Of a DNA stretch of 64,000 bases, positions 30,686-39,325 are shown one piece after another; within the stretch, counting starts at the first letter, position 1; every line of letters begins with the position of its first letter. The notes under the pieces were generated by a model. It was not told the DNA's origin. It was given only the letters and a program-made list of their open reading frames with translations, and ran no database searches. The position numbers and the translations under genes are program-made. The stretch comes from Alkalispirochaeta sp. (lineage in GTDB: Bacteria > Spirochaetota > Spirochaetia > DSM-27196 > Alkalispirochaetaceae). The stretch covers positions 352,001 to 416,000 of the forward strand of contig CBDESZ010000025.1 of the NCBI GenBank assembly GCA_965242725.1, given 5' to 3'.

Positions 30686-30686
30686 T

Positions 30687-32657
30687 ATGGTTTCGATGGA
30701 GCAACTCCAGGGGTATATGAAGAAAGCGGCGCGGGCGGACAATGAGAAGAAATTTGTAAACGCCAGCGGGAATACCCTCGATGATGCGCTCCGTGAAGCC
30801 TCCGTGGAATTGGGCCTGGCCGTCAAGAAAATAGAATACGAAATTCTTGAAAAAGGATCGCCCGGATTTCTCGGCATAGGAAAACGTCCCTACCTGATCG
30901 TTGCCTATCCCCTCCAGGCGCAGCCGACCCTCGCCGGCAGTGATGATGTTGAAGATATGGACTTCGGTTTTGAACCCTCCGAATCAGACGATCGTGACGG
31001 AGAGGCGATCGTACGTCTCACGCCGGAAGGGGTTATGCTGAAGATCACGCCTCCCAGAGGGGATGGTGAAGCGCTCACGGAGCGAGAGGCGATTCAGGCG
31101 ATCGCCCACAGGACCAATGAAAAGATCGACGCCTCCATGGTCTCCAAGGCGGTCAAGCGTGCCGACGCCGTCTGGGTCAAGGTAGGGGAGTACGACTACA
31201 ACCCCGCCAACGACGCCTTTGTTTCCTGTGAAATCGTCGAGAACGAAATGAAGGCGGTGGTGACACTCAGTCAGCCCGGTGAAGGCGGGTGTGACCCGAC
31301 GGCGGATACGATCCGAACCGCCCTGGAAAACTCCGGTGTGGTTCACGGCATCATAGAAGACGTTCTCGCCTCCCTTGAGGACCATCCCGTATACCGTGAA
31401 CCAATGGTTGTCGCCGAGGGAACCAAACCGATAAACGGCAATGATGCCCGGATCGTATATAACTTCAACACCGATACGAAACACGTCCATATCGAGGAGT
31501 CCAAGGAAGGAAAGGTGGACTTCCGCGAACTGAATCGCATTGAAAACGTGGTTGAGGGACAGGTTCTCGCCCGGAAAGTCATGCCTGAGGAAGGTACTCC
31601 CGGACAGACGGTGACGGGCCGTCTCATACCGGCCAAGGACGGGAAGGATATCGAGCCTCCCGTCGGACCCAATACGCGTCTTTCCGACGACGGCCGCAGT
31701 ATCATGGCTGAAATTAACGGTCTCGTGAAACTGGTGAACGGAAAGGTAACCGTAGAAAAGATTTACGTTGTCGAAGGCGACGTAAACATGAAGGAAGGGA
31801 ACATTCGGTTTCTCGGCACCGTCATTATCAAGGGAAATGTGGATGACGGTTTCGGTGTCAACGCTGCGGGGGATATCGAGGTCATGGGAAGTGTCGGCCG
31901 CAGCAATATGGAGGCCGAGGGCGATATCATCGTCCATCAGGGTATTGCCGGCAAGGGCGATGCTGCCGTGAAAGCGGGTGGTTCAATCTGGTCCAAGTTC
32001 ATTGAAAATGCAAACGTAGAAGCCGGCGACATGGTCGTCGTTTCCGACGGTATCCTGAACAGCAATGTCTTCACCGACAAACGAATCATCTGTCGCGGAA
32101 AGCGGGCCAGCATCGCCGGCGGACACGTTCGTGCCGCAGAAGAGATCGACACCAAGAACCTGGGCGCCCCCGCCGGTACGGAAACGCTCGTCGAAGTGGG
32201 GTACGATCCCAAGAGCAGGGAAAAACTGCTGGAACTTGAAAAGGCGGACCAGGAGCTTGAGAAGGAGCTTGAAGAACTGACCCTGAACATGTCTACCATT
32301 GAAAACATGCGGGTCAACAAGCGGAAGATCAGCCCGGAAAAACTCAAGCAATACGCCTCTATGAAAGCACAGCGGGCAAAGGTCACCAAACAACGACAGA
32401 AAATTTCCGGAGAGATCAAGACGATACAGACCTATCTTGATGAACTGAAGACCAACGGCCGGATCAGCGTATCCGGGACGGTATTTACCGGTGTGAAAGT
32501 GGCCGTCAAGGACGCGCAGCTACAGGTGCGTCGTGAAGCGCGCGCAGTGACATATCTGGCGGAACAGGGACAAGTCAAGGTCACGAAGTATGAAGAGAGC
32601 CGCGCCGACATTTCCGTGAAGAAACGGGAGACATCCGATGTCGCTTCAACCCATTGA
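30687..32657 (+). CDS. FapA/DUF342 family protein with Jag-N-like N-terminal domain
   Basis: GKVDFREL, G.TVTG, GNIRFLGTVIIKGNV beta-solenoid repeats; N-terminal IEYEILEKGSPGFLGIGKRP. Confidence 0.85.
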   Translation: MVSMEQLQGYMKKAARADNEKKFVNASGNTLDDALREASVELGLAVKKIEYEILEKGSPGFLGIGKRPYLIVAYPLQAQPTLAGSDDVEDMDFGFEPSESDDRDGEAIVRLTPEGVMLKITPPRGDGEALTEREAIQAIAHRTNEKIDASMVSKAVKRADAVWVKVGEYDYNPANDAFVSCEIVENEMKAVVTLSQPGEGGCDPTADTIRTALENSGVVHGIIEDVLASLEDHPVYREPMVVAEGTKPINGNDARIVYNFNTDTKHVHIEESKEGKVDFRELNRIENVVEGQVLARKVMPEEGTPGQTVTGRLIPAKDGKDIEPPVGPNTRLSDDGRSIMAEINGLVKLVNGKVTVEKIYVVEGDVNMKEGNIRFLGTVIIKGNVDDGFGVNAAGDIEVMGSVGRSNMEAEGDIIVHQGIAGKGDAAVKAGGSIWSKFIENANVEAGDMVVVSDGILNSNVFTDKRIICRGKRASIAGGHVRAAEEIDTKNLGAPAGTETLVEVGYDPKSREKLLELEKADQELEKELEELTLNMSTIENMRVNKRKISPEKLKQYASMKAQRAKVTKQRQKISGEIKTIQTYLDELKTNGRISVSGTVFTGVKVAVKDAQLQVRREARAVTYLAEQGQVKVTKYEESRADISVKKRETSDVASTH

Positions 32658-32973
32658 TCTTCAGACGCTCTTTGTGCGCCTCAGCCAGGTCGGCCGGGAG
32701 CAGTCCGCAATCAAGCAGGCGGTTGCCCAGAACCAGACGGTCACCGGGAATGAAATCGCCCAGCGATCCCAGAATGCGGGACATACAGTCCGGGAAACCG
32801 ATGAAGTCTCGGAAGGTCCCGAGTCGGTCAATGAAGACGAACAGAAAGAAAACCCGAACAGCCGCGGCAGACGTTCGCCGTCGGGTGCGGAGGAGCAGAG
32901 TTCCGAAGAGGGCGACGAAAACGGAGAGTTCCGGGATCCCGACCTTGGTCAAAATGTCGATTTGACGGGGTAG
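32638..32973 (+). CDS. Hypothetical flagellar-operon protein
   Basis: MSLQPIDLQ N-terminus, DPDLGQNVDLTG C-terminus; overlaps the previous gene. Confidence 0.75.
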   Translation: MSLQPIDLQTLFVRLSQVGREQSAIKQAVAQNQTVTGNEIAQRSQNAGHTVRETDEVSEGPESVNEDEQKENPNSRGRRSPSGAEEQSSEEGDENGEFRDPDLGQNVDLTG

Positions 32974-32975
32974 CC

Positions 32976-33557
32976 ATGAATTTCGGTCTCTACCTTCTTC
33001 TCAACCTGCTCTTTTTATTTGCCTTGGCTCTCTGGCTCCGGACTCTCGTGGTGAAAAGACTTAAACCGGAGACAATACTCGCCGATTTGGAAAGTGAAGT
33101 GAATACAATGATTCAGGACCTTAATGCGGCGGGTGATCAGAACGTCTCTCTTCTGGAAGACCGTATCGAGACGCTGCGGGAACTCATTCATCGTGCGGAC
33201 CTGCAGATAGATGAGCTGGAGGAGAAGGTCCGGACACTGGAAACCCGGCACATCGAGCAGCACGTTGAGGTCGACCGGGATGACGGAATCCAGGAATATC
33301 CCGCCGTGGAGACGCAGGAATCTTCCGAGGGTGACGTACACCCGCACCCTGTAGAACCATCGGTTGAGGAAGAAGCGCCCATCATCTTTCCGTTTCGGAG
33401 GGAATCTGCCGCGGAAGAGGCGGAAACACCACGACAGGCGGTCCTGCGGCTTCACGGGCAGGGCGTCTCAAGCGAACTCATAGCCTCCCGTACCGGCATC
33501 GCCATCGGTGAAGTGGAGTTGATCATCTCCCTGGGGAGCAGGCGTGTCCGGCAATGA
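32976..33557 (+). CDS. Membrane-anchored coiled-coil protein with C-terminal HTH-like domain (DUF6115/SwrB-like)
   Basis: N-terminal TM, coiled coil, LHGQGVSSELIASRTGIAIGEVELI. Confidence 0.7.
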   Translation: MNFGLYLLLNLLFLFALALWLRTLVVKRLKPETILADLESEVNTMIQDLNAAGDQNVSLLEDRIETLRELIHRADLQIDELEEKVRTLETRHIEQHVEVDRDDGIQEYPAVETQESSEGDVHPHPVEPSVEEEAPIIFPFRRESAAEEAETPRQAVLRLHGQGVSSELIASRTGIAIGEVELIISLGSRRVRQ

Positions 33558-35116
33558 CGGTGGCATTTGACCTCGGTACGGCAGTCATATCGGCGGCATT
33601 TTTCGACGGGTCGGCGATACGTATCATTACCGACGACGGCGGTGAACATTCCGGACCGGCATACTCACTGAAAGAAATCCTCGGTCGACGAACGACGCTT
33701 CTCTGCCGCGACGGGCAGCGCAGTCCTGAAGAGATCCTCGCCCATCGACTCCGTCGTCTCCGCCGCTCCGTTGAGGGGATGCTCGGACGTGAAGTACGAC
33801 GGGCGGCACTCACCGTTCCCGCCCGTTTCGACGTGAACAGGCGTAATGCCGTCATTGAGGCGGCGCTCCTGGCGGGATTTGAACGGGCCGTTCTCCTTGA
33901 TGAACCGATCGCCGCGGTGTATGCCCACGCCCGGTACGTCGAGCGGGGGTTCTTTGTCGTCTGCGATTTCGGCGCGGGCTCTCTTGACGTCACATGCGTG
34001 GAAAAGTCGGGAATGCACTTTGTCGTACACGCCGCGGGCGGGGACCGCAGAATAAGCGGAAGAGCGATTGACCGTGTTGTATCGGAATATCTTCTCCGAA
34101 ATATCGGTGATATTTCCGGTCTCGAAGAGGAGCTCCGCCGCGCCGCAGAAGAGATAAAGGTGAAGCTGTCCGTTGAAGACGTCGCGTCGATTTCCGTTTC
34201 CGCAGTATACCGGTCCGGCGGGGAGAGCTCCGTGGACGTGACGATCAGCAGGGATGAATTTGAATCGCTTCTCGCACCATTCCTCGAGCGGATGGTGCGC
34301 CTCGTCGCAGATACGTTACAGGAAGCCCGGTGGAGCGGCGACGCTTCCTCTATCTTTATCCTCGCGGGTGGAATGACTGCCGTCCCCGCAGTGGCGCATA
34401 CACTGTGCAGCCATTTTCCCGTGGAACCCACCGCGGAGGCTACGCCCCGTGAGTGCGTCATACGTGGAGCCGCCCTCTTTGCGGCTCGTACAGGGGCGGA
34501 ACGCCTCCCCAACCGTCGATTTCTGCCGGCAACGCTTGCCGTTGAATTGTCCGACGGTCGCTGTACTCCCCTTTTGCGAAGATATCGAACCCTTCCCGCT
34601 TCCGTGTCAGCATCCTTCACCACCGTGGCGGATGATCAGGCGGAGGCGGAAATACATCTGGTACAGGGCGATGCCGGGCGGGCCTCCGACAACCGGAGCC
34701 TCTGTCGTCTAACCCTCACGGGACTTCCCGGAGGTCCCCACGGATCGGTCCCGATTACGGTGGCCCTTCAGGTAGACGAGGATGGCGTCGTCACCGTTAC
34801 AGCACACTACGGGCAGGGAAATCCGCGAGTTCAACGGACGGCGCACCTCGTCAACGGTCACCGTCGGGGACCGCTTGAAGGTGACCGGACATCGTATTTC
34901 CACTCCCTCATCCGAAGGGGCAGGGTGCTCTCGACAATCGCGGGAGGGATGCTGCGGCGGGAGATCTCCGAAACGGTCGATTACCTGGCGGGCTGGAATA
35001 CAGCGAATCCCTCTGAAATCGATAACGCCGTCACCGTCCTGGAGACCCTGGTGGAAGAGGTGATCGCCGAGCGTGACGTCCATGACGAGGGAGGAGCCGG
35101 TCGTGCAGCTTCGTGA
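33554..35116 (+). CDS. Divergent Hsp70-family protein
   Basis: FDLGT, LTVPARF, DEPIAA, DFGAGSLDV, LAGGMT, FTTVADDQ..EIHLVQG motifs; shortened NBD and C-terminus. Confidence 0.85.
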   Translation: MTVAFDLGTAVISAAFFDGSAIRIITDDGGEHSGPAYSLKEILGRRTTLLCRDGQRSPEEILAHRLRRLRRSVEGMLGREVRRAALTVPARFDVNRRNAVIEAALLAGFERAVLLDEPIAAVYAHARYVERGFFVVCDFGAGSLDVTCVEKSGMHFVVHAAGGDRRISGRAIDRVVSEYLLRNIGDISGLEEELRRAAEEIKVKLSVEDVASISVSAVYRSGGESSVDVTISRDEFESLLAPFLERMVRLVADTLQEARWSGDASSIFILAGGMTAVPAVAHTLCSHFPVEPTAEATPRECVIRGAALFAARTGAERLPNRRFLPATLAVELSDGRCTPLLRRYRTLPASVSASFTTVADDQAEAEIHLVQGDAGRASDNRSLCRLTLTGLPGGPHGSVPITVALQVDEDGVVTVTAHYGQGNPRVQRTAHLVNGHRRGPLEGDRTSYFHSLIRRGRVLSTIAGGMLRREISETVDYLAGWNTANPSEIDNAVTVLETLVEEVIAERDVHDEGGAGRAAS

Positions 35117-35753
35117 GGCATACGGTATCCTTGGCGTATCGGCCCATCATGGGGTCACGGAAATACGGATGCGATATCGCCGGCTGGTCAAGGAGTATCA
35201 CCCCGACGTCACCCACCGACAGGGCGACACACTGGCGCGTATCATCGAGGCGTACCGGATCGTCGAATCCGCAACGGCCGGTTCCCGCCCGCGGAAGACA
35301 AGGGGTGCTACCGGAGGCAGGAAAGAACGCTCTTCCCCGCCGCGCGGCCATTCCGCTGCGCCGGCGGAAGGGGGCGGCGGGGACAGCGCGCGCCTTGTTT
35401 TTCAATTGGGTGGAGTGGCGATGTCGGGGAAGGGCGGCGCCCACAGATGCGACGCCTTGCGACGACTGGTGCACACGGGATCGCGAAGCGCGGCCGTATT
35501 TGTGCGCCAGTGTCTTTTTGACGCGGACAAGGAGGTCCGGCATGAGGCTGCACGACTCATACCGTTGGTTCCGGGAGAGCGACGGGAGTCGATGCTCATA
35601 GAAGTGGTCGATCGTCTGACGTCACAGCAATGTGTCGCGATGCTGAAGACAATCGGAAGGTATAAGTTGCCCTATCGCCGATTTGTCGGATATGCCGCCG
35701 CGGATTCCCGCGCGTCGGTGCGTAACGCCGCCCTGGAGGTTCTGCGTGGTTGA
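35103..35753 (+). CDS. J-domain protein with C-terminal HEAT-like repeats
   Basis: AYGILGV...YRRLVKEYHPD (HPD motif); LFDADKEVRHEAA and DSRASVRNAAL; GTG start with SD GAGGAG. Confidence 0.85.
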   Translation: MQLREAYGILGVSAHHGVTEIRMRYRRLVKEYHPDVTHRQGDTLARIIEAYRIVESATAGSRPRKTRGATGGRKERSSPPRGHSAAPAEGGGGDSARLVFQLGGVAMSGKGGAHRCDALRRLVHTGSRSAAVFVRQCLFDADKEVRHEAARLIPLVPGERRESMLIEVVDRLTSQQCVAMLKTIGRYKLPYRRFVGYAAADSRASVRNAALEVLRG

Positions 35754-37356
35754 GCTTGAATCGTTTGTGGAGCAGTTGGAACGGTACTTCCTCGAGGGGG
35801 GCGGTGACCCTGTCCGTCTCCGGGGCCGACTGAAAGACCTCCGTGCCTCGGCAGAAAAATCCGAAAACGAGGGGCTGGTGGCGGTCCTTGAACAGCTGGA
35901 ACGCCATATGTACGGTGGGGGCTCACCGGTCGCAGAAGAACTGATGCCGATCATCTTCACCCTCCGCTCGATCGTGAAAGAGACAACGGGTGATCAATCG
36001 GATGGTGATTATGTACGAATTGAAACGCCGGGGAGGAAATCCCTTTTTACCTCCCTTTCCCCATACCATCGTGACCTCCTGCGCAGTGCCCGTGAACGGG
36101 GAGAGCGACTTTACCAGTTGTCCGTGAATACTCCCGGATCGTGTCGCGGGCCGGTCATCGAGGCGATAGAACGGTCCTGTGCGGTTATACAATCCGATGA
36201 TTCCGACGATTCCGGGACGTTGCAGTTTCTGATTGTGTCATCGGAAGCGCCTGAACCGGATGACCTGTTGCGCGGAAATCTCCACGCACCCTGTCACACC
36301 GTTGAGTGCAGAATGCGGCACGTTTCATTCGAAGAAGTCATTGAGGCATCGCCCGTATCGATGCAGTGGTATGGCGGTGCGCCGGAACTGCCCGTCGGTT
36401 CATCAATTGACCGGATTGAACGAACCCTTATCCTCCTCAATGAACTCCGACGATCCCCTGATGAAGGAATGGACGGGATCATCGGGGAAATCGCCGACGG
36501 GACTACGGATGCACTGTCGTCCACGGTAGAGAGAGTATGCGAGCATTTCTTCCCGCATATCCGCACGCTTGGCCATGAACTGGGCAAGCGGGTTTCCATA
36601 CGGGTATCCGGTGACGTCGGCCGCCTTTCCATTGTACACGCCGAGATGGTGGGTGCCGCCCTCAGGGAGCTGCTTGAAAATGCGATCCGGCACGGCATCG
36701 AGCCCGGGGAGGAGCGTCTCCGCCGGGGGAAACAGCGTACGGGTAATATCCGCATCGAGGTGACGGAGTACGCCCATTCCATGGGACTGCGTATACGCGA
36801 CGATGGAAAGGGCGTTGCCCAGGAGGAACTTGCAGCTGCCTTTGACCGCGCCGGACGGCACGGACTTGGATGGGTACGGCGTATTGTTGAGGAATACTTC
36901 GGTGGACGGCTCACCATTCGCGCCGGCGGCGGGACTACCGCCGAGCTCGAAATTCCCCGCGGCGACGGAATGTTTCGCGCCCGGCCATTGCGGCGCCGGG
37001 GAGAAACCTTCGTCGTCCCCGTTGCAGTGTCCTCTGAAAATATCGTCCTGAAAAACGCTGAACGTTCAACCGAAATGTCGGGGGGCATCCATATTCACGG
37101 CGGAGAGCGAGGAGTGCTGCCGCTCATGGATATCGGGGAAGACGGCACCCTTCGTTCCTGTAATTCCGCCGCAAATGATGCCATGTACGCCGTGGCGGTC
37201 ACGGCCGGATCCACCGCCCGGGCTGTCGTCGCCGACGAGATCGGTCGTGAGGTCATGGCGGTTCCCCTTGTGGGAGAACCCTTTACCGTCCGCCTCGGAT
37301 TGCGGGATGAATATGCCCGGGTAATTCCGTTGACCTCCACCCGAAGGAACACATAA
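35746..37356 (+). CDS. Degenerate CheA-like protein (HATPase_c plus CheW-like domain; no phospho-His)
   Basis: ELGKRV, ELLENAIRHGIE..EER...GK...GNI, DDGKG; GTG start with SD GGAGG. Confidence 0.75.
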   Translation: MVELESFVEQLERYFLEGGGDPVRLRGRLKDLRASAEKSENEGLVAVLEQLERHMYGGGSPVAEELMPIIFTLRSIVKETTGDQSDGDYVRIETPGRKSLFTSLSPYHRDLLRSARERGERLYQLSVNTPGSCRGPVIEAIERSCAVIQSDDSDDSGTLQFLIVSSEAPEPDDLLRGNLHAPCHTVECRMRHVSFEEVIEASPVSMQWYGGAPELPVGSSIDRIERTLILLNELRRSPDEGMDGIIGEIADGTTDALSSTVERVCEHFFPHIRTLGHELGKRVSIRVSGDVGRLSIVHAEMVGAALRELLENAIRHGIEPGEERLRRGKQRTGNIRIEVTEYAHSMGLRIRDDGKGVAQEELAAAFDRAGRHGLGWVRRIVEEYFGGRLTIRAGGGTTAELEIPRGDGMFRARPLRRRGETFVVPVAVSSENIVLKNAERSTEMSGGIHIHGGERGVLPLMDIGEDGTLRSCNSAANDAMYAVAVTAGSTARAVVADEIGREVMAVPLVGEPFTVRLGLRDEYARVIPLTSTRRNT

Positions 37357-37398
37357 AAAAAGGGGATGATGTGTCTGGACGTCGGTACACATCACCCC
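37355..37398 (-). terminator. Rho-independent terminator (minus strand; possibly bidirectional)
   Basis: Inverted repeat GGGG(A)TGATGTGT 37362-74 / ACACATCACCCC 37387-98, with an A7 run at 37355-61 (U7 on the minus strand). Confidence 0.75.
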
Positions 37399-37424
37399 CG
37401 CGATCTTGATTTCCTATACCTACA

Positions 37425-37452
37425 ATATCGACACGGCTCGGGGCGATCTTGA
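37425..37452 (-). promoter_or_regulatory. Possible sigma28-type promoter pointing at the terminator
   Basis: Minus strand TCAAG-N15-GTCGATAT; spacer one base longer than at the flgB promoter. Confidence 0.4.
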
Positions 37453-37495
37453 GAACTGACCGTGCCGAAGTATCCGGATTTTCCGGGTTTCCTCT

Positions 37496-39325
37496 TTAGC
37501 GCGCCGCGTCGGTAAGTCTGGAAAGGAAGGTGATATGGTAGCGGCACGATTCTTCGAGTGCCGAGTAGATGCGGTATGACTGGGATATGGATTCCTCGAT
37601 CGTTGCCGGTCGATAACGCATCTCCTGCTCCAGCACGTCGTTTGCGAGAAACCCGACAACGTCACGATAGACCGCTCCGGTAAGCCGCGCGTCTATCGCG
37701 TCTAAGTCGGACGGATCGTCCTGACGCGATTGCAGCAAACGGCGACATACCGTGGTCCCATCATGTACCACCGTCTCGATATCCCGTATGATTGCAGTCA
37801 ACTCGACGAGCGTTTCCGTCGCACTTTCACCCGCAGCCGGAGCGTTCCCCTGGAGACCGATAGGCGGAACGGTCGGCGGGTGCGGACCGTCCCCAGCCTC
37901 CGCCGTGAGGCGCTGTATACGTGAAACAGGATCCTCATGGGAAATGCCTTCAATGGCGGAGCCCCGTGGAGAGAGCACACTTGTATGCACCTCGGGGAAC
38001 CGACGATTCTGCTCGGCAAACCATGAGCGATAGACGTCCATCCGGCCGTCGCTCAGGACGTCCCCGCCCTTCAGATCCGGCACATACCGCGGTGACGCCC
38101 CGTGGAGGTATCGCGACATGCCGTGTTCCGCAGGATGGAGCCGGTCCGCATTCCGGCGCAGGAGATTCTCAAAAAAGGAATCGCGGCAATGTGTCTGATT
38201 GTCCGGGAAGGCGAGATCCACACCCGCCATGGCGATATCCCGGGATCCGACGATCCGCGCAAGGTCCCACGCCGAGGTGGCAACGGATCCGCCCGCTCCC
38301 AGTTTCAGGTTTCGGTCAAAACGCCGGTCAAAAAAGGAGCCAAGGGGAAAGAGAGACGCCGACATCGAGACGGGGCCGTCATAGAGCCTGAGAATTCTCG
38401 GATGAACGGCCGGCTCGGCCACGAGTACCGTCGGCGACGGTGCAACGCGGTCAAAGTGGCGGCTGTTCCAGTACTGCGGATCTGAAACGACGGCGAAGTG
38501 TGCGGTGACACCCAGGCGCTGTAACACCGGAATGGCGGTGTCCACGGCGATGATAAGATTGTGTGCGGCCAGTGCAGGGATGTAGGGGAGGATGTCGTCC
38601 AGAGTTGGACCGGCGCCACATACGACGGCGGGGAGGCGGGGAAAGCGATTCTCCAGCTCATCGATACCGCCCGTCGCGTGGCCGAAGACCGTGTTTCGTA
38701 TCGTATTGCGTACCCACAGGCGTCCGAATCGCCGCAGGGTGTTGCGATTCACCGACGCCCGTTCCCGCATGGAATGGAGCCGCTGGATCACCAGGGAATA
38801 CCATTCCGCCGCGACCTCCTCAAAAGCTTCCAGGGCGATAACTCGCGGGTTGTAAATCTCAAGCTCCCGGAGCAGGACCGGCAGGACACCGCCCACCCAG
38901 GCGGGTACGATCCTGTCGGGCCCGAACTCCTTCCACCATGGGATAGAACGTGTCGCAAGAACCGTACTCACGATGTGGGCGGAAAACGTTACGGCCACCA
39001 CAGTGGTGCATTGATCCGCGGATGCGCGGCGCAGAGCCTCGATGTGATAGCCCATCCCCAGACCGACGCAGACGTGTCCATCTGCGTGTTCGGTCACCTC
39101 CCGCGCCGCACGCCGCGCGGCTTCCCGGGACGGATCAAAGCGACTGTGGACAAATCGGGAACCGACCCTGAGGGTGAGCTGGCCGTTTCGCGCCGGCAGA
39201 AATTCGCATCGGGAAGAGTCAATTCCCCGCTCTGTTTCGTCGGAAAGGATTGCACGAAGATCCTGCGCAAGGGCCGGACGATCTTCCGCGATGGCGTCGA
39301 TCACCGCCGAGAGGTCGCCGGTCAT
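37496..39325 (-). CDS. Motility-associated factor (Maf/DUF115) family protein, putative flagellin glycosyltransferase
   Basis: HSRFDPSREA, GLGMGYH, WVRNTIRN, GAGPTL, DPQYWN, GGSVAT, GVDLAF. Confidence 0.85.
   Translation of the reverse strand: MTGDLSAVIDAIAEDRPALAQDLRAILSDETERGIDSSRCEFLPARNGQLTLRVGSRFVHSRFDPSREAARRAAREVTEHADGHVCVGLGMGYHIEALRRASADQCTTVVAVTFSAHIVSTVLATRSIPWWKEFGPDRIVPAWVGGVLPVLLRELEIYNPRVIALEAFEEVAAEWYSLVIQRLHSMRERASVNRNTLRRFGRLWVRNTIRNTVFGHATGGIDELENRFPRLPAVVCGAGPTLDDILPYIPALAAHNLIIAVDTAIPVLQRLGVTAHFAVVSDPQYWNSRHFDRVAPSPTVLVAEPAVHPRILRLYDGPVSMSASLFPLGSFFDRRFDRNLKLGAGGSVATSAWDLARIVGSRDIAMAGVDLAFPDNQTHCRDSFFENLLRRNADRLHPAEHGMSRYLHGASPRYVPDLKGGDVLSDGRMDVYRSWFAEQNRRFPEVHTSVLSPRGSAIEGISHEDPVSRIQRLTAEAGDGPHPPTVPPIGLQGNAPAAGESATETLVELTAIIRDIETVVHDGTTVCRRLLQSRQDDPSDLDAIDARLTGAVYRDVVGFLANDVLEQEMRYRPATIEESISQSYRIYSALEESCRYHITFLSRLTDAAR

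Noticed and set aside
37066..37395. Minus-strand 109-aa ORF starting in the terminator hairpin
   Set aside because: It runs through the terminator and antisense to the CheA-like gene; no motif.
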